DNA of 64,000 nucleotides from Abditibacterium sp. (lineage in GTDB: Bacteria > Armatimonadota > Abditibacteriia > Abditibacteriales > Abditibacteriaceae): contig CBDASK010000003.1 of assembly GCA_965199495.1 (NCBI GenBank), forward strand, positions 1,088,001-1,152,000. The letters are read 5' to 3'. The notes beneath the pieces were generated by a model. That model did no database searches. It saw only the letters and a program-made list of their open reading frames with translations, and was not told the DNA's origin. Made by a program: the position numbers and the translations under genes. This document shows positions 1 through 8,132 of the stretch, piece after piece. Positions within the stretch are counted from its first letter, which is position 1; every line of letters begins with the position of its first letter.

Positions 1-652
1 CTAACTTCGGCCCATCGGCGGTTTTCAAACGCAATTGCCCGTCGCTTTCGATGCCGTCTACGACGCCCAAAACGCCGTTGGAACGGGCGATTTCGCCGAT
101 GCCCCACATTCGATGTTCGTAAGCGGCGCGCCAATCGGTCTGTTCAAACGTCGTTTCGAGCGAACTCAAAATCGCGTCGAGCAGAGTTGGAATTGGAAAG
201 GATTTTCCGCTTTCCAAAAGCAAAGACGAGGCCGGAAATATCGGGCGATCAGGCAAATCTTCGCGCGCGTGCGTCACGTTCAAACCAACGCCGACGATTA
301 AACGGTCGTCGCGCGTTTCGCATAAAATGCCGCCGATTTTTCGGGAATGGCACAAAAGGTCGTTGGGCCATTTGCACGCGAGTGGCAATTCGCAAACCTG
401 TTCGATAGCAGCAGAGGCGCCGAGTCCGGCCAGTAACGCGAAGCGCGCGGGATTGGGTTCGTTGGGCCGAAGTACAAGGGAAAAATATAAACCCTTGCCC
501 GCCGGACTTTCCCAATTGCGGCCCAATCGCCCGCGCCCCACCGTTTGTGCATCGGCCCAAACCAAAGCGCCCGATGGCGCGTCCGCCCATTCGAGCGCGG
601 CGCGGTTAGTCGAGTCAATTGCGGCGAAATGTTGGCGGGGTTGTCCGAGCAT
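1..652 (-). CDS. birA: Biotin--acetyl-CoA-carboxylase ligase (3' end runs off the window)
   Basis: Not in the ORF track. Manual translation from ATG 652: MLGQPRQHFAAIDSTN...QTVGRGRLGRNWESP...KWPND...KIGGILCE...GVGLN. No N-terminal HTH. Confidence 0.92.
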   Translation of the reverse strand, partial: MLGQPRQHFAAIDSTNRAALEWADAPSGALVWADAQTVGRGRLGRNWESPAGKGLYFSLVLRPNEPNPARFALLAGLGASAAIEQVCELPLACKWPNDLLCHSRKIGGILCETRDDRLIVGVGLNVTHAREDLPDRPIFPASSLLLESGKSFPIPTLLDAILSSLETTFEQTDWRAAYEHRMWGIGEIARSNGVLGVVDGIESDGQLRLKTADGPKL

Positions 653-680
653 AATTTTTGGGCGAATGAATTCGCCGCTA

Positions 681-1514
681 CTAAATTTCGATGTCCAAAC
701 CAATATCCAATGAGCGCACGCCGTGCGTCAAAGCGCCCACCGAAATTAAATTGACGCCGGTTTTGGCGATGCCCGCGACAGTCTCCAAATTCACGCCGCC
801 CGACGCTTCGGACAACGCGATGCTGTCTATTAAAGCGACGGCATCGCGTAACTGTTGATTAGTCATGTTATCGAGCAGAATAATATCAGCATGAGCAGCC
901 ACGGCCTCTTCGACCTGCTTGAGGTTGTCGCATTCGACCTCGATTTTGACCGCGTGCCCGACACGTTTGCGCGCCCGCTCGACCGCTTGCGAAATGCCGC
1001 CACACAGCGCGATATGATTGTCTTTGATCAAAATCATATCATCGAGCGCATAACGATGATTGGCGCCGCCGCCCATGCGCACGGCGTATTTTTCGGCCAA
1101 ACGCAGACCCGGCGTCGTCTTGCGCGTATCGGCGACACGGGCGCGTGTGCCTTGAGTTAAAGCGACATATTGTGCGGTTAAAGTGGCGATTGCGCTCAAA
1201 CGCTGCGCGAAATTCAGCGCGACGCGTTCGGCGCTGAGTAGCGCGCGCGCGTTGCATTCGATACGCATTATCGTCGCGCCTCTGGCGGCGTGGCTGCCAT
1301 CGGGCGCCAGAATTTCGAGTTTGGCGTTGGGATCAAGCGCACGAAACGCGAGTTGCGCGAGGGGCATTCCGCACACGATGCCATCGGCGCGAAAATTCAT
1401 CTGCGCCGTGCCGCGCGCGTCGGCGGGAATCAGCGCTTCGGTGGTCAAATCGCCCGAACGCAAATCTTCGCGTAGCGCGGCTTCGACGAGCGGTTGAAAT
1501 AAAAATTGATTCAT
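681..1514 (-). CDS. nadC: Nicotinate-nucleotide pyrophosphorylase (quinolinate phosphoribosyltransferase)
   Basis: DTRKTTPGLR, NHR, LIKDNH, IEVE, LLDNM and EASGG motifs; 277 aa. Confidence 0.97.
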   Translation of the reverse strand: MNQFLFQPLVEAALREDLRSGDLTTEALIPADARGTAQMNFRADGIVCGMPLAQLAFRALDPNAKLEILAPDGSHAARGATIMRIECNARALLSAERVALNFAQRLSAIATLTAQYVALTQGTRARVADTRKTTPGLRLAEKYAVRMGGGANHRYALDDMILIKDNHIALCGGISQAVERARKRVGHAVKIEVECDNLKQVEEAVAAHADIILLDNMTNQQLRDAVALIDSIALSEASGGVNLETVAGIAKTGVNLISVGALTHGVRSLDIGLDIEI

Positions 1515-1532
1515 AAATAATGGTCAACGCTT

Positions 1533-1629
1533 CCGTAGAGACGCCGATTTAGCGCGTCTAAAACGTCAGATTTGCCGTTACGTTGAGGCAACTCGAACAT
1601 TTAGACGCGATAAATCGGCGTCTTTACGG
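1533..1629. repeat. REP-like intergenic inverted repeat (GTAG-type)
   Basis: ccgtagagacgccgatttagcgcgtctaaa ... tttagacgcgataaatcggcgtctttacgg. Confidence 0.8.
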
Positions 1630-1633
1630 GCAT

Positions 1634-2176
1634 TCAAATCGAAATAAAACGCGGCGGCACTTCTTCGACCAGCCACACGCCGTTTTCGGACTTGTAAAAC
1701 TCAAAGCCCGCCGCGTTCATGCCGAGCGCGTCAATGCTCAAAACCAAGGGCTTGCCGTGACGCGAACCGACCTGAACCGCCACTTCGGTTTGGCGCGATA
1801 GATGAACGTGATGGCGGCGTCCTTTCAAAATGCCTTGCTCCATTATCGCCTCTCGGTTTTTCTCGGCGGTGCCGTGATACAAAATATCGGGCGGCGTTTG
1901 AACTTGCAGTTGCAGATCAACTTCGACGCTATGGCCTTGATTAGCGCGGATTTTCCGGCCCGTATGGTCGAACGCAAAACGCTGTTTATCGTTGTCTTTG
2001 ACGACTTCTTGCAATTGCGAAAACGTCAGCGACATATGATTGTCGTTGGCGGCCTTGAGTAAATCGGCGACTGTCACCCAGCCGCCTTCTTCGAGAACCA
2101 AACCGACTTTTTGGGGCGAGTGACGCAGATGTTTGGACATCCATTTGGATTTGGTTTTAATTGTTTCGGGTGTCAT
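1634..2176 (-). CDS. kptA: RNA 2'-phosphotransferase (Tpt1/KptA)
   Basis: SKWMSKHLRH, DKQRF, IRANQGHS, LYHGT, HVHLS and NGVWL motifs. Confidence 0.95.
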   Translation of the reverse strand: MTPETIKTKSKWMSKHLRHSPQKVGLVLEEGGWVTVADLLKAANDNHMSLTFSQLQEVVKDNDKQRFAFDHTGRKIRANQGHSVEVDLQLQVQTPPDILYHGTAEKNREAIMEQGILKGRRHHVHLSRQTEVAVQVGSRHGKPLVLSIDALGMNAAGFEFYKSENGVWLVEEVPPRFISI

Positions 2177-2199
2177 TGCTGGGCGATAGTTTATAGATT

Positions 2200-2349
2200 T
2201 TTAGCCACAGAAGACACAGAGAACGCCCAGAAAAACCCAGAGAGGAACGAAGAGAACAGAAAATAAAGGTTTTATTCGATGCAGATTTTTTGCTTGCTCT
2301 GTTCCTCTCTGAGTTTTTCTGGGCGTTCTCTGTGTCTTCTGTGGCTAAA
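2200..2349. repeat. Long palindromic intergenic element (AGCCAC...GTGGCT ends)
   Basis: tttagccacagaagacacagagaacgcccagaaaaac... / ...gtttttctgggcgttctctgtgtcttctgtggctaaa. Confidence 0.9.
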
Positions 2350-3091
2350 TATTCAATCGCTTAAACAGAAAGCCCGGAATAATTTTGATAATTCCCATGA
2401 TAATGCGCCACGGTGCGGGCGTATAAACCACGTCGGCGCCGCGCCGCAAGCCGCGATAAATATCGCTGGCGACTTTGGCGGGCGAAGCCAATAACGGCAG
2501 TTTGTCCATGCCGAACGTCATGCCGGTATCAACCGGGCCGGGTTTAATCGTCGTCACGCTCACTCCAGCGGGAAACAAGCGCGCGCGCAAGCCTTCGCTA
2601 TAAGTCGAAAGCCCGGCTTTGGCGCTGCAATACAGATAATTGGTGCGCCGTCCCCGGTCGCCCGCGACGCTGGAAAGCACGCCGATAAAACCGCGTTCGC
2701 GCTTTTCAAATGTATCGGCGACCAGATTTAACAACGAGACATTGGCGTTGAAATTGACTTCGAGCATCGGGCCGCATTTGTCCCAATCCCCGCGCGCTTT
2801 TTCTTCGTCGGGCAAAATCCCGAAGCAGACGACGACACCAGCCACGTCGCCGCACGATTCCCAAAATTGCGCGTGCGAAGCGTAATCGAGCGCGTGAAAC
2901 TCGCGCGTTTCGACGTTCGCGCCGCGAATACGCGCGTCGGCGGCGATGCGACCCAGCTCGTCGGCGTCGCGGGCGGCCAATATCAAATTGAAGCCGTGGC
3001 GTGCGAATTCGCGGGCGAGTTCGATAGCGATGCCGGATGTTGCGCCCACGATAAGAACGCGCGCGCCGGGGCCAAAAGTTTTGTGGGACAT
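2345..3091 (-). CDS. Short-chain dehydrogenase, DprE2-like
   Basis: GATSGIA, SSVAGDRGR and YCSAK motifs; directly downstream of a DprE1-like gene; start taken at MSHKTF. Confidence 0.85.
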   Translation of the reverse strand: MSHKTFGPGARVLIVGATSGIAIELAREFARHGFNLILAARDADELGRIAADARIRGANVETREFHALDYASHAQFWESCGDVAGVVVCFGILPDEEKARGDWDKCGPMLEVNFNANVSLLNLVADTFEKRERGFIGVLSSVAGDRGRRTNYLYCSAKAGLSTYSEGLRARLFPAGVSVTTIKPGPVDTGMTFGMDKLPLLASPAKVASDIYRGLRRGADVVYTPAPWRIIMGIIKIIPGFLFKRLNI

Positions 3092-3103
3092 GATAATTTC
3101 TTT

Positions 3104-3245
3104 AGCCACAGAGAACACGGAGGACGCACAGAGAGAAAGAGGAAATTGAAACCTCGAATTCGATGCCAGGTGCTTTGTGCTTTTACTTCTTAGTTTCTTC
3201 GTGCTCTCTGTATTTCTCTGTGCGTCCTCCGTGTTCTCTGTGGCT
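3104..3245. repeat. Long palindromic intergenic element (same family as 2200-2349)
   Basis: agccacagagaacacggaggacgcacagaga ... tctctgtgcgtcctccgtgttctctgtggct. Confidence 0.9.
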
Positions 3246-3250
3246 GATTT

Positions 3251-4606
3251 TCAAACGCCGATTTTCAAGCGACGGCTGAGCGACGAAGCAAACCTGTCAT
3301 CGGGATCGAGTTGGCGCTTGACTTTTTCCAGTTCGCCCGCGCGCGGATACATCTGGCGAAAGTGGGCGGGCGACGTGGCTGCATCTTTGGCCAGATAAAC
3401 TCGCCCACCCGCCGCAACGCTAATCTCGTTCAATTTCTCATAGAAATCGAGCGTGCCTTCGGTCATCGGAATATCGAGCGCCAAACAATAACCGTCGAGA
3501 GCGAAATCGAGTGGCGCATTATCCGAAGCGCCCATGCGCTTCAATACCGCCAAAAACGCCGCCTGCCCCGACGCTGCAATCGTCTCCAACAGATATTTTA
3601 AATTCACCTCGACATTATCAAGGGGCACGACGCACTGGTATTGCACAAATCCGCGCGAACCATAGATTTTGTTCCAGTTTTCTATTTTATCGAGCGGATA
3701 AAAGAACGTCTCAATTGAAGTCAATTTATTTTCTGTCGGATGATTGGCGTAATACAAATCGTTGAATTTTTTGACCGTCCACGGATTGAGAACGAAATCG
3801 GGTAAATCCATTGGGACGCCCTTTTTCTTCGGCGTTTCGAGCGCCATTACGTCGCCTTTAATCTCGCGCAAAGCGCGCTCGCCACTCGCGTGCGCGCCTT
3901 CGATGACGACGCTGCGGCCTAAATCGGTGCCCGATGAAAGACAATCAATCCACGCGACAATATATTCGCTGTCTGCACCTTTCTCGAACGCCGCCAGCGT
4001 CTCAGATAAATTGGCAGTGCGCGTAGTTTTGGTTTCGATGGTGGCGCTTTCAATCGGCATCAAACGCATCTTCGCGCTGATAATAATTCCGGTCAAACCC
4101 ATGCCGCCCAGCGTCGCCCAGAAAACATCCGAGTTTTCGTCGCGCGAACAAATCAGCGTTTTGCCGCTGGCCGTTAGCAATTCGATTTCTTCGATAAATT
4201 GGGAAAGCGCGCCGACGCGGTGATGATTTTTGCCGTGAACGTTGCAGGCGATGGCACCGCCCAGCGTGACATATTTGGTGCCGGGCGCAACGCTGAGGAA
4301 GTAGCCACGCGGCACGAACGTTTCGATAATATCGGCGAAACTGGCGCCGCCTTCGGCGTGCAAGACGCCGGTTTGCGAGTCGAAATCTAAAAAGCAATTG
4401 AGCTTTTCGGCTATAATTACGCCCGAACCTTGATTGACGGCGGCATCGCCATACGAGCGACCCAACCCACGCGCGATCACGTCAACGACGGCGTGGCTGC
4501 TGACGGCTTCTAACAATTCGCGGCGCTTTTCGGGGCGCGTCACCTGACAAGTTTGGACGGGAAAGCGGCCCCAGCCCGATAATTCGCGGGAAATAAATTC
4601 TGGCAT
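3251..4606 (-). CDS. FAD-binding oxidoreductase, DprE1-like
   Basis: LSGWGR, ARGLGRSYGD, PGTKYVTLGGAIACNVHGKNHH, GFVQYQ and GGRVYLAKD motifs; start at MPEFIS (upstream extension lies in a palindrome). Confidence 0.9.
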   Translation of the reverse strand: MPEFISRELSGWGRFPVQTCQVTRPEKRRELLEAVSSHAVVDVIARGLGRSYGDAAVNQGSGVIIAEKLNCFLDFDSQTGVLHAEGGASFADIIETFVPRGYFLSVAPGTKYVTLGGAIACNVHGKNHHRVGALSQFIEEIELLTASGKTLICSRDENSDVFWATLGGMGLTGIIISAKMRLMPIESATIETKTTRTANLSETLAAFEKGADSEYIVAWIDCLSSGTDLGRSVVIEGAHASGERALREIKGDVMALETPKKKGVPMDLPDFVLNPWTVKKFNDLYYANHPTENKLTSIETFFYPLDKIENWNKIYGSRGFVQYQCVVPLDNVEVNLKYLLETIAASGQAAFLAVLKRMGASDNAPLDFALDGYCLALDIPMTEGTLDFYEKLNEISVAAGGRVYLAKDAATSPAHFRQMYPRAGELEKVKRQLDPDDRFASSLSRRLKIGV

Positions 4607-4637
4607 TTGGGAAGAGTATGCGAAAAATTCGTTTGTC

Positions 4638-4734
4638 AGCCACGAAAAGGCGCAAAAGAAACAAAAAGTTTGGATGCACCTGCCAAAGCTGAGTGCATCC
4701 AAACTTTTTGTTTCTTTTGCGCCTTTTCGTGGCT
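4638..4734. repeat. Perfect 42-bp-arm inverted repeat
   Basis: 4638-4679 is the exact reverse complement of 4693-4734; 13-nt loop. Confidence 0.95.
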
Positions 4735-4744
4735 AAACCCAGAT

Positions 4745-5140
4745 TTATTCCGTAGCGCCATCTTTCCCGGTCAGGCGATTCCACAACAGGTAGTCCACCT
4801 CTTTTTTCGGCACAATATAATCTTTTTCGCCCACGGTTTCATCGGAAACGGCAGAATATTCGCCTTTGTCAGGATTCATCAAATCGAGATAAGTCGCGCC
4901 CTGATCTAAGCGCGTTCCGGCGGGCAGAATCGGGATGTTCTTCAAATCGGCGTTACCGAGTTGCGGAAATTTACCGTGCAATTCCTTGAATTCGTAAGCC
5001 GAAGGCGCCTCTTTTTCGTTTTGCGCCGAAGCGGCGCCGTCGTTTTCTCCGGCGAATTCGTCGGGACGCAGGTCTTTATCGAAGCCGTCTCGGTCGAGGT
5101 CTTCGAGTAGCGGATCGTTTTGGTTAATTGTGTCTGACAT
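4745..5140 (-). CDS. Hypothetical acidic protein
   Basis: 131-aa ORF with host-like codon use; no recognised family. Confidence 0.75.
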   Translation of the reverse strand: MSDTINQNDPLLEDLDRDGFDKDLRPDEFAGENDGAASAQNEKEAPSAYEFKELHGKFPQLGNADLKNIPILPAGTRLDQGATYLDLMNPDKGEYSAVSDETVGEKDYIVPKKEVDYLLWNRLTGKDGATE

Positions 5141-5216
5141 AATTTTAATGCTCAGGGCAAATGTGCCTTGATAAAGAAGGTTTGCAAATGGGGCGCCGCG
5201 CTACACCAGACGGAAT

Positions 5217-5726
5217 TTAAGCGACTTGCAGTTCGCGGATGGGTGCGTCCAACTCGGATAGACGCGTTTCCAATTTGACGCGCAGGTTGGCGCTCAAAAC
5301 ATCGCCGCTCTCGTTTAACATCTGCCGCATATTAGCCGGATTGTTCATCAGACGCAACAGTTTCGAGGGCGCGACATCGGCGAGGGCACCGCCTTCGTAA
5401 CGATGCACGGTGATTTCGCCCAAACCCAGCAATAGCGCCAGATTCTTTTGCGACAGACCATACTTTTCGCGCAAAGTCACGATTTCCGCAGGAAAAACGA
5501 TATTGTGGCGCGCGCGATAAACATCGTAAATAGCGATGTCGAGCGCGGTATCGAGCGCGGTGTCGTTAATAAGTGATTGGCAAATCGCGCAGATTCTCAC
5601 CGGCATTTCGACGGTAATTTCTTCACCGCGCACTTGACCAATATGGGCGCGCGTTTCGCTGAGCGTTTCGCTCTCATCCAAAGTTGTGTCACACGTTTCG
5701 CAGTAAAAGAATGGTTGGGATTGCAT
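5217..5726 (-). CDS. MqsA-like antitoxin (Zn ribbon + XRE HTH)
   Basis: CETC...CAIC ribbon followed by LREKYGLSQKNLALLLGLGEITVHRYEGG; start at MQSQPF. Confidence 0.85.
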   Translation of the reverse strand: MQSQPFFYCETCDTTLDESETLSETRAHIGQVRGEEITVEMPVRICAICQSLINDTALDTALDIAIYDVYRARHNIVFPAEIVTLREKYGLSQKNLALLLGLGEITVHRYEGGALADVAPSKLLRLMNNPANMRQMLNESGDVLSANLRVKLETRLSELDAPIRELQVA

Positions 5727-6105
5727 AGTTCTCCTTTTCAGGGTCGAAGCGGATATGAAGCGCGAATTGGACTTTGTGAAAAGAGAGGCACTCCAAAATC
5801 TTACCGTGCGCGTAATCCTCAATTTTGAGTTTGATATAGGTCTCTTGCTTTTCGATGGTGCCACCAAATATCCACAAAAAAGTTCCGCCCCTACCCCAAT
5901 CTTCTTCCGGCCCGGAACAATAGTTGTTGAGCGTCAATCGCCCGACGACTTCCCAGGCTTGCTCGACGGTAATTTCTAATTCTTCAATCCATCGCACATT
6001 CTCCTCGCGCGGCACCAAGACAACCTGAGCATTCGTAATTAAATCGCGCGCTTCACACAAAAATTCTTCGGCACCCGTTTCGGCTTCGCTTTTGTTTGTC
6101 GGCAT
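5689..6105 (-). CDS. MqsR-like toxin
   Basis: NYCSGPEED, LWIFG, YIKLKI and CLSFH pattern; overlaps the antitoxin start. Confidence 0.75.
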   Translation of the reverse strand: MPTNKSEAETGAEEFLCEARDLITNAQVVLVPREENVRWIEELEITVEQAWEVVGRLTLNNYCSGPEEDWGRGGTFLWIFGGTIEKQETYIKLKIEDYAHGKILECLSFHKVQFALHIRFDPEKENYAIPTILLLRNV

Positions 6106-6267
6106 AATTTGAAGTTGAGTGGCCCGTTGCCAATTATAAAAGCACCATCTTATGATAGCACAATCCTGAGACAAGTGCCATTTCTTCCTTTATTATCGGC
6201 TTTTCGCAAATTAATTTTTCTGTTCTCCGCATCTCCGCGCGAAATTAACCCGCTAAACTAAAATTCA

Positions 6268-7491
6268 ATGCAGTTGCGTTTTCTCACGGCGGGCGAAAGT
6301 CACGGCCCCGCGCTGACCTCTATTATCGAAGGTATGCCATCGGGCGTGCCGCTTTTAGCCGAACAAATTGACGTACATCTGGCGCGCCGCCAATCCGGTT
6401 ACGGGCGCGGCGGGCGCATGAAAATAGAAACCGACCGCGTCACTTTTTCCAGCGGCGTGCGTCACGGATTCACGATGGGCGGCCCGATTACTCTCACGGT
6501 GCCCAACCGAGATTTCGAGTCGTGGGGCGACGTAATGAAAGCCGAACCAGTGCCGCCTTACGCGCACGATTCGGTCAAGACGCGCCCGATTCAGGTGCCG
6601 CGTCCGGGGCATGTGGATTACGCGGGCGGCATCAAATATCACACGACCGACGATATGCGTCCGATTCTCGAACGCGCGTCGGCCCGCGAAACCACGATGC
6701 GCGTGGCTGTTGGTTCTGTCGCGCGCCGAATTTTGGAAGAATGCGGGATTACCATCGGTTCGCACGTCGTCGAAATCGGCGGCGTCAAAGCCAATTGCGA
6801 CGAAATTCCGCGCGCGCGCGATTTGAATGAAAAGGCCGACGCTTCGGAAGTGCGCGTGATTAACCGCGATTCGGAAGCGCAAATGATTCAAGTCATTGAC
6901 GAGGCGCGCGAAAATCGCGACACAGTTGGTGGCGTTTTTGAAGTTGTGGCCGACGGTTTACCGGTCGGTCTGGGCAGCCACGTCCACTGGGATCGCAAAC
7001 TCGACGGGCGTTTGGCGGGCGCGTTGATGAGCATTCACGCGATGAAGGGCGTCGAAATCGGCCTGGGATTTGAAGCGGCGCGGCGGCGCGGTTCGGAGGT
7101 TCACGATCCGTTTACTTTCGCCGAATTGTTGGACGAAAACGAGGGCAATCTGCTGAAACGCACGCGCAACAACGCGGGCGGATTAGAAGGCGGCGTCACC
7201 AACGGCGAACCTTTAGTTTGCCGCGTGGCAATGAAGCCGATTTCGACGTTGATGAAAGCGTTGCCCAGCGTCAACGTGGCGACGGGCGAAGCAACGGCGG
7301 CGCACGTCGAGCGCAGCGATTATTGTGCGGTTCCGGCGGCGGGCGTCGTCGGCGAAGCGATGGTCGCGATTGTTTTGGCCGAAGCGCTACTGGAAAAATT
7401 CGGCGGCGACTCGATGGAAGAAATCCGTGATAGCGTGGCGCGTCATCGTAAATATACGCGCGACATCGCGAATAAATGGGCGGCGAAATAG
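6268..7491 (+). CDS. aroC: Chorismate synthase
   Basis: TAGESHG, RRQSGYGRGGRM, PRPGH, ERASARET, NNAGGLEGG, MKPISTL and ERSD motifs. Confidence 0.98.
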   Translation: MQLRFLTAGESHGPALTSIIEGMPSGVPLLAEQIDVHLARRQSGYGRGGRMKIETDRVTFSSGVRHGFTMGGPITLTVPNRDFESWGDVMKAEPVPPYAHDSVKTRPIQVPRPGHVDYAGGIKYHTTDDMRPILERASARETTMRVAVGSVARRILEECGITIGSHVVEIGGVKANCDEIPRARDLNEKADASEVRVINRDSEAQMIQVIDEARENRDTVGGVFEVVADGLPVGLGSHVHWDRKLDGRLAGALMSIHAMKGVEIGLGFEAARRRGSEVHDPFTFAELLDENEGNLLKRTRNNAGGLEGGVTNGEPLVCRVAMKPISTLMKALPSVNVATGEATAAHVERSDYCAVPAAGVVGEAMVAIVLAEALLEKFGGDSMEEIRDSVARHRKYTRDIANKWAAK

Positions 7492-7504
7492 GGTTTTAGA
7501 ACTC

Positions 7505-7599
7505 GGTTTGGAGTAGGCACGTAAGTGCCTGAAATTGTGGGATCATCTCAGATTGGAGGCGAGTCCTATTTTTAGGCACTTACGTGCCTACTCCAAACC
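7505..7599. repeat. REP-like inverted repeat with perfect 26-bp arms
   Basis: ggtttggagtaggcacgtaagtgcct (7505-7530) / aggcacttacgtgcctactccaaacc (7574-7599). Confidence 0.9.
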
Positions 7600-7640
7600 T
7601 TATTCCTGAAAAACTGACAACCGTAAAAGGATTTATAACA

Positions 7641-8132
7641 ATGGTGCGAATGACGATTGAAGGCGTAGGCTTTGACCAGATGCGACAAACCGTTGTCGTG
7701 CTCAAAGATTGGGAAGACAAAAAACTGTTGCCGATCTGGATCGGTCCCGCCGAGGCGCGCGCGATTCAGGTCGAACTCGAAGGCAACCAATCGCCGCGCC
7801 CTCTGACGCACGATTTGCTGGTGTCGGCCATCGCCAGTCTGCGCGGGCGCATCACGCGTATCGTGATTAACGATCTCATCGAAGGCACGTTTTACGCGAC
7901 GATTGACATTGACACGCCGCGCGGCATGAGACATATTGACGCGCGGCCCTCCGATGCCATCGCCGTGGCTGTTCGCGTCAAGTGCCCACTTTTCGTGGAT
8001 GGCAGCGCGATTGACGCGCTGATTGATGCCGACGAACTGGGTAGCGTGCCCGATGTCGAAAACGAATTGGATGAACCCACCGAAACCGACGAGGAATTGG
8101 AACGGTTTCGCCGTTTGTTGGACGAAAATTAA
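7641..8132 (+). CDS. Bifunctional nuclease family protein (DUF151)
   Basis: LPIWIG..EA.AI, PRPLTHDL and IDARPSDAIA motifs. Confidence 0.93.
   Translation: MVRMTIEGVGFDQMRQTVVVLKDWEDKKLLPIWIGPAEARAIQVELEGNQSPRPLTHDLLVSAIASLRGRITRIVINDLIEGTFYATIDIDTPRGMRHIDARPSDAIAVAVRVKCPLFVDGSAIDALIDADELGSVPDVENELDEPTETDEELERFRRLLDEN

Noticed and set aside
4607..4702. Upstream start for the DprE1-like gene (similarly 3092-3118, 7584-7640, 23606-23662)
   Set aside because: The extensions run through palindromic or intergenic DNA; family-like sequence starts at the downstream Met
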